Source: Centroscyllium fabricii (Eukaryota). Taken from it: 64,000 bases of DNA. Shown piece by piece: positions 21,001 to 36,000 of the stretch. Within the stretch, counting starts at the first letter, position 1; each line of letters begins with the position of its first letter. The notes under the pieces were generated by a model that had not been told where the DNA came from, ran no database searches, and saw only the letters and a list, made by a program, of their open reading frames with translations. The DNA is taken from positions 11,160,001 through 11,224,000 of the forward strand of contig JBNRSN020000029.1 of assembly GCA_051313645.2 (NCBI GenBank), read 5' to 3'. A program made the position numbers and the translations under genes.

Positions 21001-24000
21001 CACTGAACACAGCACCTACACTGAACACAGACCCTACACTGAACACAGACCCTACACTGAACAAAAAACCTACACTGAACACAGCCCCTACACTGAACAC
21101 GGCCCCTACACTGAACACAGACCCTACACTGAACACAGCCCCCACACTGAACACAGCCACTACACTGAACACAGCCCCTACACTGAACACGGACCCTACA
21201 CTGAACACGGCCCCTACACTGAACACGGCCCCTACACTGAACACGGCCCCTACACTGAACACGGCCCCTACACTGAACACAGACCCTACACTGAACACAG
21301 ACCCTACACTGAACACAGCCCCTACACTGAACACAGCCCCCACACTGAACACAGGCCCTACACTGAACACAGACCTTACACTGAACACAGCCCCCACACT
21401 GAACACAGCACCCGCACTGAACACAGACACTACACTGAACACAGACACCACACTGAACACAGCTACAACACTGAACACAGCCACTACATTGAACACAGCC
21501 CCAACACGGAACACGGACCCTACACTGAACACAGACACTACACTGAAATAAGCCCCTACACTGAACACAGCCCCTACACTTAACACAGACCCTACACTGA
21601 ACACAGCCCCTACACTGGACACAGCCCCTACACTGAACACAGCCCCTACATTGAACACAGCCACTACACTGAACATGGCCAATAGACTGAACACGGCATC
21701 TACACTGAACATAATCCCTACACTGAATACAGACGCTACACTGAACACAGACCCTACACTGAACACAGACCCTACACTGAACACTGACCCTACACTTAAC
21801 ACTGACCCTACAATGAACACGGCCCCCACACTGAACACGGCCCCTACACTGAACACAGCCGCTACACTGAACACAGCCCCTACACTGAACACAGCCCCTA
21901 CGCTGAACACAGCCCCCACACTGAACACAGCCCCCACACTGAACATGGCCCCTACACTGAACACGGCCCCTACACTGAACCCAGGCCCTACACTGAACCC
22001 AGACCCTACACTGCACACAGCCCCCACACTGAACACAGCCCCTACACTGAACACAGCCCCTACACTGAACACAGCCCCCACACTGAACATGGCCCCTACA
22101 CTGAACACGGCCCCTGCACTGAACACGGCCCCCGCACTGAACACGGCCCCTGCACTGAACACAGACCCTACACTGAACACAGCCCCCACACTGAACACAG
22201 GCCCTACACTGAACACAGACCTTACACTGAACACAGCCCCTACACTGAACACGGCCCCTACACTGAACACGGCCCCTGTACTGAACACAGTCCCTACACT
22301 GAACACAGCCCCTACACTGAACACAGACCCTACACTGAACACAATCCCTGTACTGAACACAGTCCCTACACTGAACACAGCACCTACACTGAACACAGCC
22401 CCTACACTGAACATGGCCCAGACACTGAACACGGCCCCTACACTGAACATAGCCCCTACACTGAACACGGACCCTATACTAAACACGGCACCTACACTGA
22501 ACACGGCCCCAACACTGAACTCAGCCCCTAAACTGAACACGGCCCTGACACTGAACACGGCCCCTAAACTGAACAAAGCCCCTACACGGAACACAGGCCC
22601 CTATACTGAACAGAGACCCTACACTGAACACAGCCCCTACACTGAACACAGCCCCTACACTGAACACAGCCCCCACACTGAACACAGCCCCTACACTGAA
22701 CACAGACCCTACACTGAACAAAAAACCTACACTGAACACAGCCCCGACACTGAACACAGCCCCGACACTGAACACAGCCCCTACACTGAACACAGACCCT
22801 ACACTGAACACGGCCCCGACACTGAACACAGACCCTAAACTGAACACAGACCCTACACTGAACACTGACCCTACACTGAACACTGACCCTACACTGAACA
22901 CGGCCCCTACAATGAACAGAGCCGCCACACTGAACACGGCCCCCAAAATTAAAACAGCCGCTACACTGAACACAGCCCCTACACTGAACACAGCCCCTAC
23001 ACTGAACACAGCCCCTACGCTGAAAACAGCCCCCACACTGAACACAGCCCCTACACTGAACACAGCCCCCACATTGAACATGGCTCCTACACTGAACATG
23101 GCCCCTAGACTGAACCCAGGACCTACACTGAACACAGACCCAACACTGAACACAGCCCCCACACTGAACACGGCCCCTACACAGAACACGGCCCCTACAC
23201 TGAACACAGCCACCACACTGAACACAGGCCCTACACTGAACACAGACCTTACACTGAACACAGCCCCCACACTGAACACAGCCGCTACACTGAACACAGC
23301 CCCTACACTGAACACAGCCCCTACACTGAACACAGCCGCTACACTCAACACAGACCCTACACTGAATACAGCCCCTACACTGAACACAGCCCCCACACTG
23401 AACACAGACCCTACACTGAACACAGACCTTACACTGAACACAGCCCCTACACTGAACACAGACCCTACACTGAACACAGCCCCTGCACTGAACACAGACC
23501 CTGCACTGAACACAGCCCCTACACTGGACACAGCCCCGACACTGAACACGGCCCCTGTACTGAACACAGTCACTACACTGAACACAGCCCCTACACTGAA
23601 CACAGACCCTACACTAAACACAATCCCTGTACTGAACACAGTCCCTACACTGAACACAGCACCTACACTGAACACAGCCCCTACACTGAACACGGCCCCG
23701 ACACTGAACACGGCCCCTACACTGAACATAGCCCCTAAACTGAACACGGACCCTATACTAAACATGGCACCTACACTGAACACGGCCCCAACACTGAACT
23801 CGGCCCCTACACTGAACACGGCCCTGACACTGAACACGGCCCCTACACTGAACAAAGCCCCTACACGGAACACAGGCCCCTACACTGAACACGGACCCTA
23901 CACTGAACACAGACCCTACACTGAACACGGACCCTATACTAAACACAGCACTTACACTGAACACGGCCCCAACACTGAACTCGGCCCCTACACTGAACAC

Positions 24001-27000
24001 GGCCCCGACACTGAACACGGCCCCTACACTGAACACAGCCCCTACACGGAACACAGGCCCCTACACTGAACACAGACCCTACACTTAACACAGTCCCTAA
24101 ACTGAACACAGCCCCTACACTGAACACAGCACCTACACTGAACACAGACCCTACACTGAACACAGACCCTACACTGAACAAAAAACCTACACTGAACACA
24201 GCCCCTACACTGAACACGGCCCCTACACTGAACACAGACCCTACACTGAACACAGCCCCCACACTGAACACAGCCCCTACACTGAACACAGCCCCTACAC
24301 TGAACACGGACCCTACACTGAACACGGCCCCTACACTGAACACAGCCCCTACACTGAACACGGCCCCTACACTGAACATGGCCCCTACACTGAACACAGA
24401 CCCTACACTGAACACAGACCCTACACTGAACACAGCCCCTACACTGAACAGAGTCCCCACACTGAACACAGGCCCTACACTGAACACAGACCTTACACTG
24501 AACACAGCCCCCACACTGAACACAGCACCCGCACTGAACACAGACACTACACTGAACACAGACACCACACTGAACACAGCTACAACACTGAACACAGCCA
24601 CTACATTGAACACAGCCCCAACACGGAACACGGACCCTACACTGAACACAGACACTACACTGAAATAAGCCCCTACACTGAACACAGCCCCTACACTTAA
24701 CACAGACCCTACACTGAACACAGCCCCTACACTGGACACAGCCCCTACACTGAACACAGCCCCTACATTGAACACAGCCACTACACTGAACATGGCCAAT
24801 AGACTGAACACGGCACCTACACTGAACATAATCCCTACACTGAATACAGACGCTACACTGAACACAGACCCTACACTGAACACAGACCCTACACTGAACA
24901 CTGACCCTACACTGAACACTGACCCTACAATGAACACAGCCCCCACACTGAACACGGCCCCTACACTGAACACAGCCGCTACACTGAACACAGCCCCTAC
25001 GCTGAACACAGCCCCTATGCTGAACACAGCCCCCACACTGAACACAGCCCCCACACTGAACATGGCCCCTACACTGAACACGGCCCCTACACTGAACCCA
25101 GGCCCTACACTGAACACAGACCCTACACTGCACACAGCCCCCACACTGAACACAGCCCCTACACTGAACACAGCCCCTACACTGAACACAGCCCCCACAC
25201 TGAACATGGCCCCTACACTGAACACGGCCCCTGCACTGAACACGGCCCCCGCACTGAACACGGCCCCTGCACTGAACACAGACCCTACACTGAACACAGC
25301 CCCCACACTGAACACAGGCCCTACACTGAACACAGACCTTACACTGAACACAGCCCCTACACTGAACACAGCCCCTACACTGAACACGGCCCCTGTACTG
25401 AACACAGTCCCTACACTGAACACAGCCCCTACACTGAACACAGACCCTACACTGAACACAATCCCTGTACTGAACACAGTCCCTACACTGAACACAGCAC
25501 CTACACTGAACACAGCCCCTACACTGAACATGGCCCAGACACTGAACACGGCCCCTACACTGAACATAGCCCCTACACTGAACACGGACCCTATACTAAA
25601 CACGGCACCTACACTGAACACGGCCCCAACACTGAACTCAGCCCCTAAACTGAACACGGCCCTGACACTGAACACGGCCCCTAAACTGAACAAAGCCCCT
25701 ACACGGAACACAGGCCCCTATACTGAACACAGACCCTACACTGAACACAGCCCCTACACTGAACACAGCCCCTACACTGAACACAGCCCCCACACTGAAC
25801 ACAGCCCCTACACTGAACACAGACCCTACACTGAACAAAAAACCTACACTGAACACAGCCCCGACACTGAACACAGCCCCGACACTGAACACAGCCCCTA
25901 CACTGAACACAGACCCTACACTGAACACAGCCCCTACACTGAACACGGCCCCGACACTGAACACAGACACTAAACTGAACACAGACCCTACACTGAACAC
26001 TGACCCTACACTGAACACGGCCCCTACAATGAACAGAGCCGCCACACTGAACACGGCCCCCAAAATTAACACAGCCGCTACACTGAACACAGCCCCTACA
26101 CTGAACACAGCCCCTACGCTGAAAACAGCCCCCACACTGAACACAGCCCCTACACTGAACACAGCCCCCACATTGAACATGGCTCCTACACTGAACATGG
26201 CCCCTACACTGAACCCAGGACCTACACTGAACACAGACCCAACACTGAACACAGCCCCCACACTGAACACGGCCCCTACACAGAACACGGCCCCTACACT
26301 GAACACAGCCACCACACTGAACACAGGCCCTACACTGAACACAGACCTTACACTGAACACAGCCCCCACACTGAACACAGCCGCTACACTGAACACAGCC
26401 CCTACACTGAACACAGCCCCTACACTGAACACAGCCGCTACACTCAACACAGACCCTACACTGAATACAGCCCCTACACTGAACACAGCCCCCACACTGA
26501 ACACAGGCCCCACACTGAACACAGACCTTACACTGAACACAGCCCCTACACTGAACACAGACCCTACACTGAACACAGACCCTGCACTGAACACAGACCC
26601 TGCACTGAACACAGACCCTGCACTGAACACAGCCCCTACACTGGACACAGCCCCGACACTGAACACGGCCCCTGTACTGAACACAGTCACTACACTGAAC
26701 ACAGCCCCTACACTGAACACAGACCCTACACTAAACACAATCCCTGTACTGAACACAGTCCCTACACTGAACACAGCACCTACACTGAACACAGCCCCTA
26801 CACTGAACACGGCCCCGACACTGAACACGGCCCCTACACTGAACATAGCCCCTACACTGAACACGGACCCTATACTAAACATGGCACCTACACTGAACAC
26901 GGCCCCAACACTGAACTCGGCCCCTACACTGAACACGGCCCTGACACTGAACACGGCCCCTACACTGAACAAAGCCCCTACACGGAACACAGGCCCCTAC

Positions 27001-30000
27001 ACTGAACACGGACCCTACACTGAACACAGACCCTACACTGAAATAAGCCCCTACACTGAACACAGCCCCCACACTGAACACAGCCCCTACACTGAACACA
27101 GACCCTACACTGAACAAAAAACCTACACTGAACACAATACCTACACTGAACACAGCCCCGACACTGAACACAGCCCCGACATTTAACACAGCCCCTACAC
27201 TGAACACAGACCCTACACTGAACACAGCCCCTACACTGAACACGGCCTCGACACTGAACACAGACCCTACACTGAACACAGACACTACACTGAACACTGA
27301 CCCTACACTGAACACTGACACTACACTGAACACGGCCCCTACAATGAACAGAGCCGCCACACTGAACACGGCCCCCAAAATTAACACAGCCGCTACACTG
27401 AACACAGCCCCTACACTGAACACAGCCACTATGCTGAACACAGCCCCCACACTGAACACAGCCCCTACACTGAACACAGCCCCCACACTGAACACGGCTC
27501 CTACACTGAACATGGCCCCTACACTGAACCCAGGACCTACACTGAACACAGACCCAACACTGAACACGGCCCCTACACAGAACACGGCCCCTACACTGAA
27601 CACAGCCCCCACACTGAACACAGGCCCTACACTGAACACAAACCTTACACTGAACACAGCCCCCACACTGAACACAGCCGCTAAACTGAACACAGCCCCT
27701 ACACTGAACACAGCCCCTACACTGAACACAGCCGCTACACTCAACACAGACCCTACACTGAATACAGCCCCTACATTGAACACAGCCCCCACACTGAACA
27801 CAGGCCCTACACTGAACACAGACCTTACACTGAACACAGCCCCTACACTGAACACAGACCCTACACTGAACACAGCCCCTGCACTTAACACAGACCCTAT
27901 ACTGAACACAGCCCCTACACTGGACACAGCCCCGACACTGAACACGGCCCCTACACTGAACACGGCCCCTGTACTGAACACAGTCCCGACACTGAACACA
28001 GCCCCTACACTGAACACAGACCCTACACTGAACACAATCTCTGTACTGAACACAGTCCCTACACTGAACACAGCACCTACACTGAACACAGCCCCTACAC
28101 TGAACACGGCCCCGACACTGAACACGGCCCCTACACTGAACACAGCCCCTACACTGAACACAGCCCCTACACTGAACACGGACCCTACACTGAACAAAGC
28201 CCCTACACGGAACACAGGCCCCTACACTGAACACAGTCCCTACACTGAACACAGCCCCTACACTGAACACAGCCCCTACACTGAACACAGCCCCTACACT
28301 GAACACAGCCCCTACACCGAACACAGCCCCTACACCGAACTCAGCCCCCGCACTGAACACAGCCCCCGCACTGAACACAGACCCTACACTGATCAAAAAA
28401 CCTACACTGAACACAAAACCTACACTGAACACAGCCCCGACACTGAACACAGCCCCTACACTGAACACAGACCCTACACTGAACACAGCCCATACACTGA
28501 ACACAGCCCATACACTGAACACGGCCCCGAAACTGAACACAGACCCTACACTGAACACAGACCCTACACTGAACACTGACCCTACACTGAACACTGACCC
28601 TACACTGAACACTGACCCTACACTGAACACGGCCCCTACAATGAACACAGCCGCCACACTGAACACGGCCCCCAAAATTAACACAGCCGCTATACTGAAC
28701 AAAGCCCCTACACTGAACACCGCCCCTATGCTGAACACAGCCCCCACACTGAACACAGCCCCTACACTGAACACAGCCCCCACACTGAACACGGCTCCTA
28801 CACTGAACATGGCCCCTAAACTGAACCCAGGACCTACACTGAACACAGACCCAACACTGAACACAGCCCCCACACTGAACACGGCCCCTACACAGAACAC
28901 GGCCCCTACACTGAACACGGCCCCCACACTGAACACAGGCCCTACACTGAACACAGACCCTACACTGAACACAGGCCCTACACTGAACACAGACCTTACA
29001 CTGAACACAGCCCCCACACTGAACACGGCCCCTACACAGAACACGGCCCCTACACTGAACACAGCCCCCACACTGAACACAGGCCCTACACTGAACACAG
29101 CCCACACACTGAACACGACCCTACACAGAACACGGCCCCTACACTGAACACAGCCCCCACACAGAACACAGCCCCCACACTGAACACAGGCCCTACACTG
29201 AACACAGACCATACACTGAACACAGACCATACACTGAACACAGACCCCACACTGAACACAGCCGCTACACTGAACACAGCCCCTACACTGATCACAGCCC
29301 CTATACTGAACACAGCCCCTACACTGAACACAGACGTACACTGAACACAGACCTTACACTGAACACAGCCCCTACACTGAACACAGACCCTACACTGAAC
29401 ACAGCCCCTGCACTTAACACAGACCATACACTGAACACAGCCCCTACACTGGACACGGCCCCGACACTGAACACGGCCCCTACACTGAACACGGGCCCTA
29501 CACTGAACACGGCCTCTGTACTGAACACAGTCCCTGCACTGAACACAGCCCCTACACTGAACACAGAACCTACACTGAACACAATCCCTGTACTGAACAC
29601 AGTCCCTACACTGAACACAGCACCTACACTGAACACAGCCCCTACACTGAACACGGCCCCGACACTGAACAGGGCCCCTACACTGAACAGGGCCCCTACA
29701 CTGAACATAGCCCCTACACTGAACACGGACCCTATACTAAACACGGCACCGACACTGAACACGGCCCCAACACTTAACTCGGCCCCTACACTGAACACGG
29801 CCCTACACTGAACACAGACATTACACTGAACACAGTCCCCACACTGAACACAGCTGCTACACTGAACACAGCCTCTACACTGAACACAGCCGCTACACTG
29901 AACACAGCCCCTACACTGAACACAGCCCCTACACTGAACACAGCCCCTACACTGAACACAGCCCCTACACTGAACACAGGCGCTCTACTGAACACAGCCC

Positions 30001-33000
30001 CTACACTGAACACAGCCGCTACACTGAACACAGCCCCTACACTGAACACAGCCCCTACAGTGAACACAGGCCCTACACTGAACACTGGCCGTACACTGAA
30101 CACAGACCCTACACTGAACACAGACCCTACACTGAATACCGACCCTACACTGAACACGGCACCTACACTGAACACGGCCCCTACACAGAACACGGCCCCT
30201 ACACTGAACACGGCCCCTACACTGAACACAGCCCCCACACTGAACACAGCCCCCACACTGAACACAGGCCCTACACTGAACACAGACCTTACACTGAACA
30301 CAGACCCCACACTGAACACAGCCGCTACACTGAACACAGCCCCTACACTGATCACAGCCCCTACACTGAACACAGCCCCTACACTGAACACAGACGTACA
30401 CTGAACACAGACCTTACACTGAACACAGCCCCTACACTGAACACAGACCCTACACTGAACACAGCCCCTGCACTTAACACAGACCATACACTGAACACAG
30501 CCCCTACACTGGACACAGCCCTGACACTGAACACGGCCCCTACACTGAACACGGCCCCTACACTGAACACGGCCTCTGTACTGAACACAGTCCCTACACT
30601 GAACACAGCCCCGACACTGAACACAGACCCTACACTGAACACAATCCCTGTACTGAACACAGTCCCTACACTGAACACAGCACCTACACTGAACACAGCC
30701 CCTACAGTGAACACGGCCCCGACACTGAACACGGCCCCTACACTGAACATAGCCCCTACACTGAACACGGACCCTATACTAAACACGGCACCGACACTGA
30801 ACACGGCCCCAACACTGAACTCGGCCCCTACACTGAACACGGCCCTACACTGAACACAGACCTTACACTGAACACAGCCCCCACACTGAACACAGCCGCT
30901 ACACTGAACACAGCCCCTACACTCAACACAGCCGCTACACTGAACACAGCCCCTACACTGAACACAGCCCCTACACTGAACACAGCCCCTACGCTGAACA
31001 CAGGCGCTACACTGAACACAGCCCTTACACTGAACACAGCCCCTACACTGAACACAGCCCCTACACTGAACACAGCCGCTACACTGAATACAGCCCCTAC
31101 ACTGAACACAGCCCCCACACTGAACACAGGCCGTACACTGAACACAGACCTTACACTGAACACTGCCCCCACACTGAACACAGACCCTACACTGAACACA
31201 GACACTACACTGAACAGATTCCCTACATTAAACACAGCCCCTACACTGAACACAGCCACTACACTGAACACAGCCACTACACTGAACACAGCCATTACAT
31301 TGAACACAGCCCCTACACTGAACACGGACCCTACACTGAACACAGACCCTACACTGAAACAAGCCCCTACACTGAACACAGCCCCTGCACTTAACACAGA
31401 CCCTACACTGAACAGAGACCCTACACTGGACACAGCCCCGACACTGAACACAGCCCCTACATTGAACACAGCCCCTACACTGAACATGGCCAATAGACTG
31501 AACACGGCACCTACACTGAACATAATCCCTACACTGAACACAGACGCTACACTGAGCACAGACCATACACTGAACACAGACCCTACACTGAACACTGACC
31601 CTACACTGAACACGGCCCCGACAATGAACACGGCCCCCACACTGAACACGGCCCCTACACTGAACACAGCCGCTACACTGAACACAGCCCCTACGCTGAA
31701 CACAGCCCCTACGCTGAACACAGCCCCTACGCTGAACACAGCCCCTACATTGAACACAGCCCCTACACTGAACACGGCCCCCACACTGAACACGGCCCCT
31801 ACACTGAACACAGCCACCACACTGAACACGGACCCTACACTGAACACGGCCCCTACACTGAACATGGCCCCTACACTGAACACAGCCCCTAGACTGAACA
31901 CGGCCCCTTCACTGAACACGGCCCCCACACTGAACACAGCCCCCACACTGAAAACAGACCCTACACTGAACACAGACCCTACACTGAACACTGGCCCTAC
32001 ACTGAACACTGGCCCTACACTGAACACAGACCCTACACTGAACACAGCACCTACACTGAACACAGAACCTACACTGAACACGGCCCCTACACAGAACACG
32101 GCCCCTACACTGAACACAGCCCCCACACTGAACACAGCCCCCACACTGAACACAGCCCCTACACTGAACACAGCCCCTACAGTGAACACAGGCCCTACAC
32201 TGAACACTGGCCCTACACTGAACACAGACCCTACTCTGACCACAGACCCTACACTGAATACAGACCCTACACTGAACACAGCACCTACACTGAACACAGA
32301 ACCTACACTGAACACGGACCCTACACTGAACACAGAACCTACACTGAACACAGACCCTACACTGAAAACAGACCCTACACTGAACACAGCACCTACACTG
32401 ACCACAGACCCTACACTGAACACAGACACTACACTGAACACAGCCCCTACAGTTAACACAGGCCCTACACAGAACACTGGCCCTACACTGAACACAGACC
32501 CTACTCTGACCACAGACCCTACACTGAATACAGACCCTACACTGAACACAGCACCTACACTGAACACAGAACCTACACTGAACACGGACCCTACACTGAA
32601 CACAGAACCTACACTGAACACAGACCCTACACTGAAAACAGACCCTACACTGAACACAGCACCTACACTGACCACAGACCCTACACTGAACACAGACACT
32701 ACACTGAACACAGCCCCAAAACTGAACTCAGCCCCAACACTGAACACAGCCCGTACACTGAATACAGACCCTACACTGAACACAGCACATACATTGAACA
32801 CAGCCCCAACACTGAACACAGCACCTACACTGAACATAGACCCTACACTGAACACAACCCCAACACTGAACACGGACTCTAAACTGAACACAGACCCTAC
32901 ACAAAACATAACCCCTACACTGAACACAATCCCTACACTGAACACAGTCCCTACACTGAACACAGTCCCTAAACTGAACACGGACCCTACAATGAACATG

Positions 33001-36000
33001 GACCCTACACTGAACACGGGCCCTACACTGAACACGGACCCTACACTGAACACGGACCCTACAGTGAACACAGACCCTACACTGAACACAGACCCTGCAC
33101 TGAACACAGACCCTACACTGAACACAGTCCCTACACTGAACACAGACCCTACACTGAACACAATCCCTAAACTGAAAACAGCCCCTACACTGAACACAAT
33201 CTCTACACTGAACACAGACCCTACACTGAACACAGACCCTACACTGAACACAGACCCTACACTGAACACGGACCCTACACTGAACACAGATCCTAAACTC
33301 AGCACAATCTCTACACTGAACACAGCCCCTACACTGAACACAATCCCTACACTGAACACAATCTTTACACTGAACACAGACCCTACACTGAACACAGACC
33401 CTACACTGAACACAGACCCTACACTGACCACGGACACTACACTGAACACAGACCCTACACTGAACACAGACCCTACACAGAACACAGACCCTACACCAAA
33501 CACAACCCCTACACTGAACACAGACCCTACACTAAACACAACACCTACACTGAACAAAACCACTACACTGAACACAGCCCCTACAATGAACACGGACCCT
33601 ACACTAAACACGGACCCTACTCTGAACACAGACCCTACGCTAAACACAGTCCCTACTCTGAACACAGCCCCTACACTAAACAGAGACCCTACACTGAACA
33701 CGGACCCTACACTAAACACAGTCCCTACTCTGAACACAGACCCTACGCTAAACACAGCCCCGAAACTGAACACAGCCCGTACACTGAACACAGCCCCAAC
33801 ACTGAACACAGCCCCTACACTGAACACAGCCCCTACACTGAACACAGCCCCTACACTGAACACAGACCCTACACTGAACACAGCACCTACACTGAACACA
33901 GCCCCTACACTGAACACAGCCCCTACGCTGAACACAGCAACTACACTGAACACAGCACCTACACTGAACACAGCACATACACTGAACACAGCCCCTACAC
34001 TGAACTTGGCCCCTACACTGAACACGGCCCCAACACTGAACACAGCCCCTGAACTGAACACAGTCCCTACACTGAACACAGCACCTATGCTGAACACAGC
34101 CCCTACACTGAACACGGCCCCGACACTGAACACGGCCCCTACACTGAACATAGCCCCTACACTGAACACGGACCCTATACTAAACATGGCACCTACACTG
34201 AACACGGCCCCAACACTGAACTCGGCCCCTACACTGAACACGGCCCTGACACTGAACACGGCCCCTACACTGAACAAAGCCCCTACACGGAACACAGGCC
34301 CCTACACTGAACACGGACCCTACACTGAACACAGACCCTACACTGAAATAAGCCCCTACACTGAACACAGCCCCCACACTGAACACAGCCCCTACACTGA
34401 ACACAGACCCTACACTGAACAAAAAACCTACACTGAACACAATACCTACACTGAACACAGCCCCGACACTGAACACAGCCCCTACACTGAACACAGACCC
34501 TACACTGAACACAGCCCCTACACTGAACACGGCCTCGACACTGAACACAGACCCTACACTGAACACAGACACTACACTGAACACAGACACTACACTGAAC
34601 ACTGACCCTACACTGAACACGGCCCCTACAATGAACAGAGCCGCCACACTGAACACGGCCCCCAAAATTAACACAGCCGCTACACTGAACACAGCCCCTA
34701 CACTGAACACAGCCATTACGCTGAACACAGCCCCCACACTGAACACAGCCCCTACACTGAACACAGCCCCCACACTGAACATGGCTCCTACACTGAACAT
34801 GGCTCCTACACTGAACATGGCCCCTACACTGAACCCAGGACCTACACTGAACACAGACCCAACACTGAACACAGCCCCTACACAGAACACGGCCCCTACA
34901 CTGAACACAGCCCCCACACTGAACACAGGCCCTACACTGAACACAAACCTTACACTGAACACAGCCCCCACACTGAACACAGCCGCTAAACTGAACACAG
35001 CCCCTACACTGAACACAGCCCCTACACTGAACACAGCCGCTACACTCAACACAGACCCTACACTGAATACAGCCCCTACATTGAACACAGCCCCCACACT
35101 GAACACAGGCCCTACACTGAACACAGACCTTACACTGAACACAGCCCCTACACTGAACACAAACCCTACACTGAACACAGCCCCTGCACTTAACACAGAC
35201 CCTACACTGAACACAGCCCCTACACTGGACACAGCCCCGACACTGAACACGGCCCCTACACTGAACACGGCCCCTGTACTGAACACAGTCCCGACACTGA
35301 ACACAGCCCCTACACTGAACACAGACCCTACACTGAACACAATCTCTGTACTGAACACAGTCCCTACACTGAACACAGCACCTACACTGAACACAGCCCC
35401 TACACTGAACACGGCCCCGACACTGAACACGGCCCCTACACTGAACACAGCCCCTACACTGAACACGGACCCTACACTGAACAAAGCCCCTACACGGAAC
35501 ACAGGCCCCTACACTGAACACAGTCCCTACACTGAACACAGCCCCTACACTGAACACAGCCCCCACACTGAACACAGCCCCTACACTGAACACAGACCCT
35601 ACACTGATCAAAAAACCTACACTGAACACAAAACCTACACTGAACACAGCCCCGACACTGAACACAGCCCCTACACTGAACACAGACCCTACACTGAACA
35701 CAGCCCATACACTGAACACAGCCCCGAAACTGAACACAGACCCTACACTGAACACAGACCCTACACTGAACACTGACCCTACACTGAACACTGACCCTAC
35801 ACTGAACACGGCCCCTACAATGAACACAGCCGCCACACTGAACACGGCCCCCAAAATTAACACAGCCGCTATACTGAACAAAGCCCCTACACTGAACACC
35901 GCCCCTATGCTGAACACAGCCCCCACACTGAACACAGCCCCTACACTGAACACAGCCCCCACACTGAACATGGCTCCTACACTGAACATGGCCCCTAAAC

